Of a stretch of DNA of 64,000 bases, positions 28,867 to 38,571 are shown piece by piece. The stretch lies in assembly GCA_964511965.1 (NCBI GenBank), contig CAZEGF010000023.1:42887-106886 (forward strand). Reading direction: 5' to 3'. The notes under the pieces are model-generated. The model saw only the letters and a program-made list of their open reading frames with translations, was not told where the DNA came from and searched no databases. The stretch is from an uncultured Gammaproteobacteria bacterium (GTDB lineage Bacteria; Patescibacteriota; Microgenomatia; Levybacterales; GWA1-39-11). The stretch's first letter is position 1, and each line of letters begins with the position of its first letter. The translations under genes and the position numbers were made by a program.

Positions 28867-30078
28867 ATGGATCAGGAAGCAGTTGTGAAAGACAGAAGAT
28901 TAGAAACAAAGAAAAAGACAATGAATGCAAAAATATTAATTACAGGTATTGTTGTTTATATTGTAAGTGCCGTTGTTTCGTTTTTGATTTTCAGTGGTTT
29001 GTCAGGACCTAGTGCCGTTCCTGTTACTGCTCCTAAAAAAACTGCAAGCGGTGGATTAATGTTTGATGATTCACTTCCAAAGACCGAAAGCTGTCCTATA
29101 AATGGAGCGAAATACTCAAAACAACAGAGGGCTTGGTGGGAAAAGCATGAACCATTGGGAGTTATGATAGAGAATCACACTGAAGCCCGTCCTCAAAGTG
29201 GAATATCATTTGCCGATGTGGTTTATGAGGCTATTGCTGAGGGTGGTATAACCCGTTTCTTAACTGTCTTCTACTGTCAGGATGCAGACGTTGTAGGACC
29301 GGTTAGATCTGCAAGAACGTATTTCATAGATTTCCTATCGGAATATGGTTCTTTTCCATTGTACGCACATGTGGGAGGAGCCAACAGTGATGGACAGGCA
29401 GACGCATTAGGACAACTTGAAACATACGGATGGGCAGGGGTTAATGATCTTAATCAATTCTCAATTGGATTCCCGGTATTTCTTCGTGATTATGACCGTT
29501 TAGGAAGAACAGTAGCGACAGAGCACACCATGTATTCTTCAACTACTAAATTGTGGGATTATGCCGCAAAATCAAGAAAGATTACTAACGTAAATCCGGA
29601 TGGTGAGAAGTGGGATAAAGATTTTGTACCATATACTTTTAAAGAAGATGCAGCTCTTTCAACAAGACCAGCTGCCCAAACGGTTTCATATGACTTCTGG
29701 GATGGGTACGGAGATTTCAGTGTTCTTTGGAATTATGATAAAACTACCAATTCTTATTTAAGAACTAACGGAGGAAAACCTCATTTGGATCTTGATACAA
29801 AAAAGCAGCTAACCGCTAAAAATGTCATCGTATTATTTATGAAGGAGAGTAGAGCAAATGATGGTTATGAAGGTAACCTACATATGCTATATGGGACGAA
29901 AGGAACTGGAAATGCAAAGGTATTTATGGATGGAGTTGAAACTGATGCAACATGGTCTAAAAAATCTAGAACTGCTCATCTATACCTTAAAGATAAGCGT
30001 GGGCAAGATATTGAACTTAACCGAGGAAAGATTTGGTTTTCAATTGTTTCTCCGACCACTGATGTTACTGTAAAGTAA
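28867..30078 (+). CDS. DUF3048 (YerB-like) extracytoplasmic protein
   Basis: N-terminal TM/signal, then MIENHTEARPQSGISFADVVYEAIAEGGITRF, which matches the DUF3048 signature as I recall it. Confidence 0.55.
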   Translation: MDQEAVVKDRRLETKKKTMNAKILITGIVVYIVSAVVSFLIFSGLSGPSAVPVTAPKKTASGGLMFDDSLPKTESCPINGAKYSKQQRAWWEKHEPLGVMIENHTEARPQSGISFADVVYEAIAEGGITRFLTVFYCQDADVVGPVRSARTYFIDFLSEYGSFPLYAHVGGANSDGQADALGQLETYGWAGVNDLNQFSIGFPVFLRDYDRLGRTVATEHTMYSSTTKLWDYAAKSRKITNVNPDGEKWDKDFVPYTFKEDAALSTRPAAQTVSYDFWDGYGDFSVLWNYDKTTNSYLRTNGGKPHLDLDTKKQLTAKNVIVLFMKESRANDGYEGNLHMLYGTKGTGNAKVFMDGVETDATWSKKSRTAHLYLKDKRGQDIELNRGKIWFSIVSPTTDVTVK

Positions 30079-30147
30079 AAACAGTTTTACCTCATTTCTC
30101 TCTTGTAAATATCAAAGGACTAGTATAATATATGTACTCAGAAGCAT

Positions 30148-30726
30148 ATGTTTGATGATTTGATTACTTCTAAAACCCGCATCAAAATTTTACACCTTTT
30201 TTTGGGAAACCTCGGGGAAATGTTTCATGTTAGAGAAATTGTTAGACGCGTTGATGAAGAGATCAATGCGGTAAGACGGGAGTTAATGCTTCTTGAGAAA
30301 AAGGGAATTTTAAATCGTGAAGCCCGTGCAAATAGAGTATATTATTCACTAGATACTTCATACCCATTTTATAATGATCTTGTTAAAATTCATGCGAAGG
30401 AATCTGGGTTAGGACGCGATATCATCAAGAATAGAGCAAAACTTGGGAGGATTAAATACGCCATGCTTTCAGGTGATTTTGCAAAAAATTCTCAAGAGAG
30501 TGGAGAAAGCGTTGATCTATTAGTTGTAGGAATAGTTGTCCTTCCGGAATTATCACTTATCATTAAAAAAGAAGAGGAGCTGAAAAAAAGAGAGATTAAT
30601 TATACAATTATGAATGAGGATGAATTTAATTTCAGAAAAGGAAGGCGTGATCCTTTTATTTCCTCAATTATTTATGGTTCACGCGTAATGCTTATTGGTG
30701 ACGAAGAGTCATTAGTAAAAGAATAA
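30148..30726 (+). CDS. Winged-helix transcriptional regulator (ArsR-like N-terminal domain plus uncharacterised C-terminal domain)
   Basis: KTRIKILHLF...VREIVRRVDEEINAVRRELMLLEKKGIL...YYSL resembles a wHTH. A TATAAT box lies upstream at about 30121. Confidence 0.45.
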   Translation: MFDDLITSKTRIKILHLFLGNLGEMFHVREIVRRVDEEINAVRRELMLLEKKGILNREARANRVYYSLDTSYPFYNDLVKIHAKESGLGRDIIKNRAKLGRIKYAMLSGDFAKNSQESGESVDLLVVGIVVLPELSLIIKKEEELKKREINYTIMNEDEFNFRKGRRDPFISSIIYGSRVMLIGDEESLVKE

Positions 30727-30736
30727 TATTTCCTAT

Positions 30737-32134
30737 ATGCGTAATTCAAAAATATTCATTGCGGTTATTTCTGTAATCTCAGTGATTTTATTACTTCAAA
30801 ATATACCCGGAAAGATTGATCTTAGATCAGTAAAAATTCCATTTGTACAAAAAAATAAGCAGATAGCAAATACTGTTATTGATCCTCAAAAGATTGATCT
30901 AAGATTTTTGGCTATTCCATTTCAAAAAGATCTTTCATACAAATTGGGATTGGATCTTCAGGGTGGTACACAACTTACCTACAAGGTGGACATGAAAGGT
31001 ATAAAAAAAGAGGCACAACAAGACGCATTCGAAAGTGCGAGAGATGTTATTGAAAGACGTATTAATTATTTAGGAGTTTCAGAGCCAACCATTCAGACAA
31101 TAAAATTGGCGAATGAATACAGAATTGTTGTTGACCTTCCGGGTATGTCTAACGTTTCTCAAGCAATTGATCTCATTGGGGCAACAGCCCAGCTAACATT
31201 TTGGGAGGGTGGAAAAGAAAAGCCGATTCAGACCCCTGGTCAGGATATGTTTCTTTACACACTCGGACAATTAATTGGTGCAAATCCTCTTCCAACGAAA
31301 TTAACTGGTAAAGATCTTCAGAAAGCAACGGTAGTTTTTGATAAAACAACGGGCAAGCCTCAAGTGCAAATACAATTTTCTGGTCAGGGTGCAAAATATT
31401 TTGATGAAATTACCAAAAGAAATATTGGCCATCCGGTTGCAATTGCTTTGGACAATCAAGTCATAAGTGCGCCTGTTGTTCAAACGGAAATTGCAAACGG
31501 AATAGCAGTAATATCCGGAACATTTACACCGGATATTGCGAAAAATTTAGCTATCGCTTTAAATGCTGGTGCACTCCCGGCCCCCCTTCATGTAATAGCT
31601 CAGTCATCTGTAGGTCCATCGCTAGGAATTGACTCTCTGCATAAAAGTATGTTTGCTGCGATCATAGGATTCTTATCAATTATATTTTTCATGACATACA
31701 TTTATAGAAAAGAAGGGGTAATTGCATGTGTTGCCCTTGCCATGTATACGGTAATAACACTATTTATTTATAAGCTTATTCCTGTTACATTAACCCTTGC
31801 CGGAATTGCAGGTTTCATCCTTTCAATTGGAATGGCTGTTGATGCCAACATATTGATATTTGAAAGAATGAAAGAAGAGCTTCGTCGTGGCAAGCCTCGT
31901 GACATTGCCATGAAGAATGGTTTTTCTAGGGCATGGACTTCAATTCGTGACTCAAATATTACAAGTATTATTACATGTGCAATATTATTTTACTTTGGTA
32001 GTGGTATTGTGAGAGGGTTTGCCTTGACGCTATTTTTAGGTATTGTCATTAGTATGTTCTCAGCAATTACTATTACTAGAAATTTACTTTATGTTTTCGA
32101 CACCAAAGAAAAAAAGAGTTCGATTAATCACTGA
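30737..32134 (+). CDS. secD: Protein translocase subunit SecD
   Basis: LGLDLQGGT motif, periplasmic domain, and a C-terminal 6-TM SecD/SecF core. Confidence 0.85.
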   Translation: MRNSKIFIAVISVISVILLLQNIPGKIDLRSVKIPFVQKNKQIANTVIDPQKIDLRFLAIPFQKDLSYKLGLDLQGGTQLTYKVDMKGIKKEAQQDAFESARDVIERRINYLGVSEPTIQTIKLANEYRIVVDLPGMSNVSQAIDLIGATAQLTFWEGGKEKPIQTPGQDMFLYTLGQLIGANPLPTKLTGKDLQKATVVFDKTTGKPQVQIQFSGQGAKYFDEITKRNIGHPVAIALDNQVISAPVVQTEIANGIAVISGTFTPDIAKNLAIALNAGALPAPLHVIAQSSVGPSLGIDSLHKSMFAAIIGFLSIIFFMTYIYRKEGVIACVALAMYTVITLFIYKLIPVTLTLAGIAGFILSIGMAVDANILIFERMKEELRRGKPRDIAMKNGFSRAWTSIRDSNITSIITCAILFYFGSGIVRGFALTLFLGIVISMFSAITITRNLLYVFDTKEKKSSINH

Positions 32135-32159
32135 TTACTAATCACTAATCACTAAATTA
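32125..32159 (+). repeat. Tandem heptamer array TAATCAC|TGATTAC|TAATCAC|TAATCAC|TAAATTA (copy 1 of a 35-bp element)
   Basis: Read directly from the sequence. It spans the secD stop and abuts the secF ATG. Confidence 0.7.
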
Positions 32160-33097
32160 TGGATATTGTAGGAAAAAGAAGAATATTTTTAACAATTTCG
32201 GGTATTGCAACGGCAATAGGACTTTTGTCCATTATTCTTTTTGGATTTAAACTATCAATTGAATTTACAGGCGGTTCAAAACTTGAAGTTGCTTCAACTG
32301 ACAACAGAGCTCTTGACATCAATAAGATAAAAGAGGCATTTAATGCTCAAAGAATAAAAGTCGTAACAATAACAAAAAATTCGGATAAGGATTTAATGAT
32401 CAGAACCGATCAGATAACAGATGCACAAAAAAATCAAGTTTTGGCAAAAATAACCGATAAAAAGATCAATATAAAAGAAAAAAGTTTTGACACATTAGGA
32501 CCAATAATTGGATCAGAAACAACTAATAACGCTCTTAAAGCGATAGGTCTTGCCATACTTGCAATTACTCTTTATATAGCGTTTGCTTTCAGAACAGTTT
32601 CAAAACCGGTATCTTCATGGAAATTTGGTATTAGTGCAATTATTGCTCTTGTGCATGATGTACTTATTGTTGTTGGGACATTTTCTCTTCTTGGATTATT
32701 TTTTGGAGTAGAAGTTGATGTTTTATTTATAACAGCAGTTCTAACAATAATGGGATTTTCGGTTCATGACACTATTGTTGTTTTTGATAGGATCCGGGAA
32801 AACCTGATAAAAAATGTCAGAAATCTTACCTTCGAGCAAGTAGTAAATCAAAGTTTTAATGAAACGCTAGCAAGATCCTTAAATACATCTCTTACTGTTG
32901 TTCTTGTTCTTTTTGCATTACTACTATTTGGAGGAGCTTCTATAAAATGGTTTATTGTCGCATTTTTAGTAGGAATTATAACTGGAACATACTCATCAAT
33001 TTTTGTTGCGAGTGCAGTTCTTATAGAGTGGTACGATCTCAATAAAAGAGGTATAACATTTAAAAATCTCCTCAATAAATCAAAAAAGAAAAAGTGA
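32159..33097 (+). CDS. secF: Protein translocase subunit SecF
   Basis: EFTGGSKLEV motif and the 6-TM core. Confidence 0.85.
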   Translation: MDIVGKRRIFLTISGIATAIGLLSIILFGFKLSIEFTGGSKLEVASTDNRALDINKIKEAFNAQRIKVVTITKNSDKDLMIRTDQITDAQKNQVLAKITDKKINIKEKSFDTLGPIIGSETTNNALKAIGLAILAITLYIAFAFRTVSKPVSSWKFGISAIIALVHDVLIVVGTFSLLGLFFGVEVDVLFITAVLTIMGFSVHDTIVVFDRIRENLIKNVRNLTFEQVVNQSFNETLARSLNTSLTVVLVLFALLLFGGASIKWFIVAFLVGIITGTYSSIFVASAVLIEWYDLNKRGITFKNLLNKSKKKK

Positions 33098-33525
33098 AAT
33101 CTACTCCAAAAGTAACAAAACAAATCACAGTTTTTGTTGGTCTGGTTATCCATAACGAAAAATTACTGATGGTAAAAAGGTTTGAGCCGGAAGTGAAAGA
33201 CGCTCATTTAAAATGGGAAATTCCAGGTGGAAAGGTAGATTTTGGAGAAAATCCGGAACAAACAATAGTTAGAGAAATAAAAGAAGAAACCGGAGTAAAA
33301 GTAAAGGTAAAGCGATTGATTCCAACAGTTTACACAAAATATTGGGATTACCCATGGGGGATACAGCACACCATTTTACTTGGTTACGAATGTGAATTGA
33401 TTTCAGAAGGAAAGAGGACCAAAGATCACCACGTAGAGGATGTTATGTGGATTGAAATTTCTAATGTAAAAAAACTTGATAGGCTTCCGGGTGTAGATTT
33501 TTTTATAAAGGCATTAAGCGCCTAA
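33094..33525 (+). CDS. NUDIX hydrolase
   Basis: Nudix box GGKVDFGENPEQTIVREIKEETG. Confidence 0.75.
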   Translation: MKSTPKVTKQITVFVGLVIHNEKLLMVKRFEPEVKDAHLKWEIPGGKVDFGENPEQTIVREIKEETGVKVKVKRLIPTVYTKYWDYPWGIQHTILLGYECELISEGKRTKDHHVEDVMWIEISNVKKLDRLPGVDFFIKALSA

Positions 33526-33966
33526 TTGTTCCCGGACGATAGAGGACACCAATGATCCATCAGCTTTTCCTTTAGTTTTGGCAGATAACGCCCCCATTAC
33601 TTTTCCCATGTCCTGCATAGTTGAAGCACCAAGGGACTGAATTGTATCTTCGACTAGCTTTCTCACTTCTTCTTCAGACATTTGCTCTGGTAGATACCCT
33701 TGCAAAACTTCAAGCTCTCTTTTTTCTTTATCTGCAAGTTCTTGTCTGCCTCCTTTTTCGTATAATTCAATAGATTCTTTTCTCTTTTTTATTTCACGTC
33801 CTACAACTTCAATGACATCTTCATCAGTTGCCGTATAACCTGCCCCTCCCTTTTGGATTTCATGGTACTGTAGAGCAGATTTTAGCATGCGGATAGTAGA
33901 TAACTTTTCCTCTGCCTTTGAAAGCATTGCCTGCTTTAAATCTTCCTGAATGACGTCTTTTAGCAT
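33514..33966 (-). CDS. GatB/YqeY-domain protein
   Basis: The N-terminal DLKQAMLSK...RMLKSAL pattern and 150-aa length fit the YqeY family. Confidence 0.7.
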   Translation of the reverse strand: MLKDVIQEDLKQAMLSKAEEKLSTIRMLKSALQYHEIQKGGAGYTATDEDVIEVVGREIKKRKESIELYEKGGRQELADKEKRELEVLQGYLPEQMSEEEVRKLVEDTIQSLGASTMQDMGKVMGALSAKTKGKADGSLVSSIVREQLGA

Positions 33967-33972
33967 ATGGTA

Positions 33973-33981
33973 ATTATATCA
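33973..33981 (-). promoter_or_regulatory. Extended -10 element TGATATAAT positioned for a leaderless yqeY transcript
   Basis: The minus strand reads TGnTATAAT, ending 7 nt before the ATG (33966). Confidence 0.35.
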
Positions 33982-33989
33982 TTTTTAAC

Positions 33990-34024
33990 TAATCACTAAT
34001 TACTAATCACTATTCACTAAATTT
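33990..34024 (+). repeat. Tandem heptamer array TAATCAC|TAATTAC|TAATCAC|TATTCAC|TAAATTT (copy 2 of the 35-bp element)
   Basis: About 86% identical to 32125-32159 in the same orientation. It lies between the ABC permease stop and the yqeY start. Confidence 0.7.
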
Positions 34025-34808
34025 ATCCTTCATTTCTTGCGAATTGACCGGTTTCTAGTGATTTTCTATAGAAAAGGTAGAAGATAAGACATGAGGTAGC
34101 GAAATAAATAATATTGAGTCCAATTGCAAGAAAAAATAAACTCCAATCTGTTTGGGGATTTATGAAATTTTTTCTAGCAGCAACAAAAACATGTGTTGCC
34201 GGAATATAGTAAGAAATAATTTGGATTGGTTTGGGAAGAATGGTTATTGGGAAAAAAGATGCAGATAATGGTTGAAAAAGAAATACAGCTCCCCAAGCCA
34301 TTGCTTGAATTCTCGTCCCAAATCTAAATACTAATCCGGTAAGAACAATACCCATTGACCACGAAAATATTATTAAATTAGTGAAGTCCAAAATTATATT
34401 TAAAAATCCAATTTTTAGTATATTAAATCCGGTTATATAAAAGACAATAAATCCTACAATTATTAAAACTACTATACATTTGATAATAGAACTAATCATA
34501 AGAGCAGCCAAATATTCAGCGGTAGATAGGGGACTTACAAACATATTGCTTAAATTTCTCGACCAAACATTCCACAAAACTGAAACCGTTACGGAATATT
34601 GACCAACCCTAACAATTTCCCATAATACTAGACCTATGATCAGATAAACCGCACCTGTTGTATTTTGACTCCCTGCTAAGTATTTTGCGACAAACCCAAA
34701 AACGACAACCGTTATTGATGAAAAAATAAATAAATCAAAAATAACTTCAAGAGATCTTTTTGTAATAAAATATTCTTGCTGCATGATAGCAATAATTCTG
34801 TTAATCAT
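34023..34808 (-). CDS. ABC-2-type exporter permease
   Basis: Six TM helices, 261 aa, and a 4-nt overlap with the upstream ATPase gene. Confidence 0.6.
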   Translation of the reverse strand: MINRIIAIMQQEYFITKRSLEVIFDLFIFSSITVVVFGFVAKYLAGSQNTTGAVYLIIGLVLWEIVRVGQYSVTVSVLWNVWSRNLSNMFVSPLSTAEYLAALMISSIIKCIVVLIIVGFIVFYITGFNILKIGFLNIILDFTNLIIFSWSMGIVLTGLVFRFGTRIQAMAWGAVFLFQPLSASFFPITILPKPIQIISYYIPATHVFVAARKNFINPQTDWSLFFLAIGLNIIYFATSCLIFYLFYRKSLETGQFARNEG

Positions 34809-35725
34809 TTTTGCCCCTCCCTTGCAATTGACAAAAAGACGTCTTCAAGTGTTGGTTTTTTCACTTCTATATCAGTAATATAAATATCCTCATTGGTAAG
34901 GCCGAAAATTAGTTTTGGAATAAGCGATTCTTTTGTATCTATATTAACTGTAAATTTGTTATGAAATGTATAGTTCTGTTTTTTAGAAGATAAATATTTT
35001 TTCATTCTTTCCTGGCTACCTTCAAAAGTCAGTTTTAATTGAGCAGCATCAATTCTTTTTGTAAGTTGTAGTGGTGTATCTTGTGCAACAATTTTTCCAT
35101 GATTAAGAATTATTACTTCATCGCAAATTCGGGTCACTTCTTCCATATTGTGACTTGTATATAAAATAGATAATTTTTCATCATTTTTAAGTTGCTCAAC
35201 AAAAGTTAGTACTTTGTCAGCAATATCGGGGTCAAGAGAAGCTGTGGGTTCATCCAAAAGTAATAATTCAGGTTTATTAAGCATAGCTTTGATTATGTTA
35301 ACCCTAGTTTTTTGTCCGGCAGATAAATCCCAAAACCGTTGGCTTAGTAAATCCGATATTTCAAAATATTCAAGAAGTTCTTTAACTTTCTTTTCAGCGT
35401 TCTTGACTGAGTAAAGACGAGCAAAAACAACTAAATTTTCCCAAACCGATATTCTTCCTTGCAGAGTATTATAAGCAGAGGCGAAATTTATTCTCTGTAG
35501 TATTTCCTGTCTATTTTTAAAGAAATCCTTCCCGAAATATTCAATAAAACCTGAAGTTATTGAACTGATTCCCAAAAGCATTTGGATGGTTGTAGTTTTA
35601 CCGGCTCCATTGGGTCCTAGAAAACCAAGGATTTTACCTTTCTCTACAGAAAATGAGATTGAGTCAACTGCAACAAAAGAGCCGTATTTTTTGGACAAAT
35701 CATTAACTGTTAAGACAGAGGACAT
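34805..35725 (-). CDS. ABC transporter ATP-binding protein
   Basis: Walker A GPNGAGKTT, ABC signature LSAGQKTRV, Walker B LLLLDEPT. Confidence 0.8.
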   Translation of the reverse strand: MSSVLTVNDLSKKYGSFVAVDSISFSVEKGKILGFLGPNGAGKTTTIQMLLGISSITSGFIEYFGKDFFKNRQEILQRINFASAYNTLQGRISVWENLVVFARLYSVKNAEKKVKELLEYFEISDLLSQRFWDLSAGQKTRVNIIKAMLNKPELLLLDEPTASLDPDIADKVLTFVEQLKNDEKLSILYTSHNMEEVTRICDEVIILNHGKIVAQDTPLQLTKRIDAAQLKLTFEGSQERMKKYLSSKKQNYTFHNKFTVNIDTKESLIPKLIFGLTNEDIYITDIEVKKPTLEDVFLSIAREGQK

Positions 35726-35742
35726 TTAGTAATTGTACCAAA

Positions 35743-37185
35743 TTAAATTTTCTTAAGTACTTTGTATAATTTAGAGGTTTTGTTTTGCTTGAATAAAACT
35801 ATGTTTCCATGTTTTTCAAGATTTATTATACCATTCATAAAATCGTCTCTAGATCCAAGATAATGTAGACTATTCCATGTACTTCCTGTATCAATTAATA
35901 AATACTTTGGATTTCCTCCAACCCGGAACCACCGGCATGTTGATAGTTCACATGGGCTATCAGTTTTAAAATCACGAAGACTTGGGAAGAGAGTATATAA
36001 TTCTTTTCTATGAGCCAAATGCGCACCAATATTTATTTGAGTTACAACAGATTCGTTCTCTGGGACTTGTTTTAACATTTCGTAAATGTTATTTACTTCC
36101 GGAGGAATTGTCCAAAAATATTTTTTTGTTAAATAGGAAAGTGGAAGATGAAGATAATATTGTAAGACAAGTGCACATACTATCAAGTAAACAGCTGTTT
36201 TCCAATTATTTAATCTTTTAAATCTTGAAATGGCAATTATTGTAGGCCACACAAGTAGTAATCCAACCGTGCTTCTATAATGAAGAAATATTCCCTCAGT
36301 CCTTATTGCGATATGCCCCAGAACGAAATAATGCCCCAAATCCCCTATAAATGGAATAAGATAAATAAAAGATAATAATGGGAGAAATCCAAACCATCCT
36401 AGGGAATATAAATATGTTTTTTGTTTGTCTAATGAATCTATAAAATAGTACGGATTTATATCACTTAAAAGTCCACGAGGATTTGCAAAATGATATCCAC
36501 CTGGAACAAAATTAGGAAAATATACAAAAAAAACAAATATTAAATATATTAATGAAATAACACCGGAAATTAGTGAGGTTTTAGTTTTGTTTTTAATGAA
36601 ATACGTAAGACTGATAAGAAGAGTTAAAAATGCAATATCTTCCTTACAAATTATTGCAAGAATTAAAAAAAGATATGTTAATTTTGTTTTTTTGCATTCA
36701 AGAAAGTACAGAAACCAAGAAATAAATCCAACAGCAAAAACTAACGTATGTACATCGGACCAAATGGCAAATTGCAAACCAAAAAAAGCAAGGTACGTGG
36801 CAAATATAGTGTTTGCAAGCACGTCTTTTATGAGATACTTTTTTGCTATTAGTAAAACTGCAACCCCTGAAGCAATCACACTTGCAACTTGAAGAATTAT
36901 CAAAACATACACACTATTTATCACCCAGTATAAAGGAGCAAGAAGAACGAGTATTAACTCTAAATGATCGTAGTAAATAGGAGCATCATAATAAACATGC
37001 GTTGTGGAAATTGGATTTAAAAAGTGCGAGTATTTCCAAATAGCTTGATCAATGATAGAAAGATCATAACCTGATAGGAAAGAGTAGTGTTTTATTATTG
37101 AAAGAAGTAAATAACAAATCGAAAAAGCAAAACCTATAAAAATTGGAATGAAGTGTTTTTTAAGAAAATTCTTTTTCAATTTCAT
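35743..37185 (-). CDS. Polytopic membrane protein (DUF2079-like)
   Basis: N-terminal GYDLSIIDQAIW motif reminiscent of DUF2079, with more than 10 TM helices. Confidence 0.45.
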   Translation of the reverse strand: MKLKKNFLKKHFIPIFIGFAFSICYLLLSIIKHYSFLSGYDLSIIDQAIWKYSHFLNPISTTHVYYDAPIYYDHLELILVLLAPLYWVINSVYVLIILQVASVIASGVAVLLIAKKYLIKDVLANTIFATYLAFFGLQFAIWSDVHTLVFAVGFISWFLYFLECKKTKLTYLFLILAIICKEDIAFLTLLISLTYFIKNKTKTSLISGVISLIYLIFVFFVYFPNFVPGGYHFANPRGLLSDINPYYFIDSLDKQKTYLYSLGWFGFLPLLSFIYLIPFIGDLGHYFVLGHIAIRTEGIFLHYRSTVGLLLVWPTIIAISRFKRLNNWKTAVYLIVCALVLQYYLHLPLSYLTKKYFWTIPPEVNNIYEMLKQVPENESVVTQINIGAHLAHRKELYTLFPSLRDFKTDSPCELSTCRWFRVGGNPKYLLIDTGSTWNSLHYLGSRDDFMNGIINLEKHGNIVLFKQNKTSKLYKVLKKI

Positions 37186-38536
37186 GAAGTCTAGAGATTA
37201 AATAATCTTTATTATTTTTTGATAAATCTTCATCTACCTCCAAAAACAGTTTCTGAAGTATATCTCCTACTTTTCTTCCCGGTCTGATATTGAGCTCTGT
37301 CATGATGTCATTTCCGTCTATCGCCATATCATTTATTGAGAATGGAGGATTGAGTTGTTCCTCGAGTCTCTCTTTAAATTTTTTTAGTCTCCAGGATTCT
37401 GCAGTTTGTGTACCACCCCCCAGTCTATCGCCAATTCTCAGATCAATCATGTCTTTGACATTTTCAAGACCTACCCGTCTGATAAATCGTCTAACAGCAC
37501 TATCTGTAATATGCTCATCAACCGTGAACATATGCCACCTTATGAGTGTATATATTTTATCTTTGTCTTTATTTGAAAATCTAAGGCGCTCTGCAATTTC
37601 TCTTGCAACTTTTGCACCTACTACTTCGTGGTTATAGAAAATTACAAATCCGTCTTTATCATTCGTTGCTACATAAGGTTTCCCTACATCATGTAGTAGT
37701 GCAGAAAATTTAACCAATGGATCTTTTGATGGACATTCTTTAAGAGACAGTAAATTATGTGTAAATACATCTGTTGTGTGATGTCTTCCTGGTCTTGCCT
37801 GGGATACCCCTTTTCCTTTCAAAAGTTCGGGAAAAATAATATCCAAAATTCCAATCTCATCAAGAATGACAATTCCTTTATAAGCATTATCAGTTGCAAG
37901 TATCTTAATTAGTTCGTCATGAATCCTTTCATGCGACACATGCTCAATTAGATGACTGTCATTTTTAATAGCTGTAAATGTTTTTTCTTCAATTTCAAAA
38001 TTAAGTTGTGCGCAGAATCTGACTGCCCGCATAAGTCTTAATGCATCTTCTTTGAACCGCTCGTCGGGATTGCCAACAGCTCTAATTAATTTATTTTTTA
38101 AATCCTCCTGCCCATTAACCTTATCTATTATTTCGCATGATCCATCATTTAAAATTTTTAGAGCCAATGCATTTACGGTAAAATCCCGTCTTGAAACATC
38201 TTCATCTAACGTTTTCCCCCATATTACTTCCCCCGGATGTCTGTAATCAGAATAAGATGACTCTGTCCGAAATGTTGTGATCTCAGCGTAATCTTTATGG
38301 TCATCTGATTGGACGGGATACTTTACACCAACTGTACCAAAGTCATTGTCGTAAAAAGAATCGGGAAATACTTCTTGAATTTGAGTGGGAGTAGCATTAG
38401 TAGTCATGTCCCAGTCTGTGACAGAAATTCCCATTAACAAATTTCTTACACAACCACCAACTAAATAAACTTCAAATCCGGCTTTTTCCAGTTGAGAATA
38501 GATTGATTTGACGTCTTTATTGATTGATAAATCCAT
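37160..38536 (-). CDS. cca: CCA-adding tRNA nucleotidyltransferase (Pol-beta NT plus HD domain)
   Basis: VYLVGGCVRNLLMG...DWDM head motif and an HD region (HDVGK). Confidence 0.75.
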   Translation of the reverse strand: MDLSINKDVKSIYSQLEKAGFEVYLVGGCVRNLLMGISVTDWDMTTNATPTQIQEVFPDSFYDNDFGTVGVKYPVQSDDHKDYAEITTFRTESSYSDYRHPGEVIWGKTLDEDVSRRDFTVNALALKILNDGSCEIIDKVNGQEDLKNKLIRAVGNPDERFKEDALRLMRAVRFCAQLNFEIEEKTFTAIKNDSHLIEHVSHERIHDELIKILATDNAYKGIVILDEIGILDIIFPELLKGKGVSQARPGRHHTTDVFTHNLLSLKECPSKDPLVKFSALLHDVGKPYVATNDKDGFVIFYNHEVVGAKVAREIAERLRFSNKDKDKIYTLIRWHMFTVDEHITDSAVRRFIRRVGLENVKDMIDLRIGDRLGGGTQTAESWRLKKFKERLEEQLNPPFSINDMAIDGNDIMTELNIRPGRKVGDILQKLFLEVDEDLSKNNKDYLISRLHEIEKEFS

Positions 38537-38571
38537 ATGGTATTATGAGAGTTACTATAAAAAAGTATATC

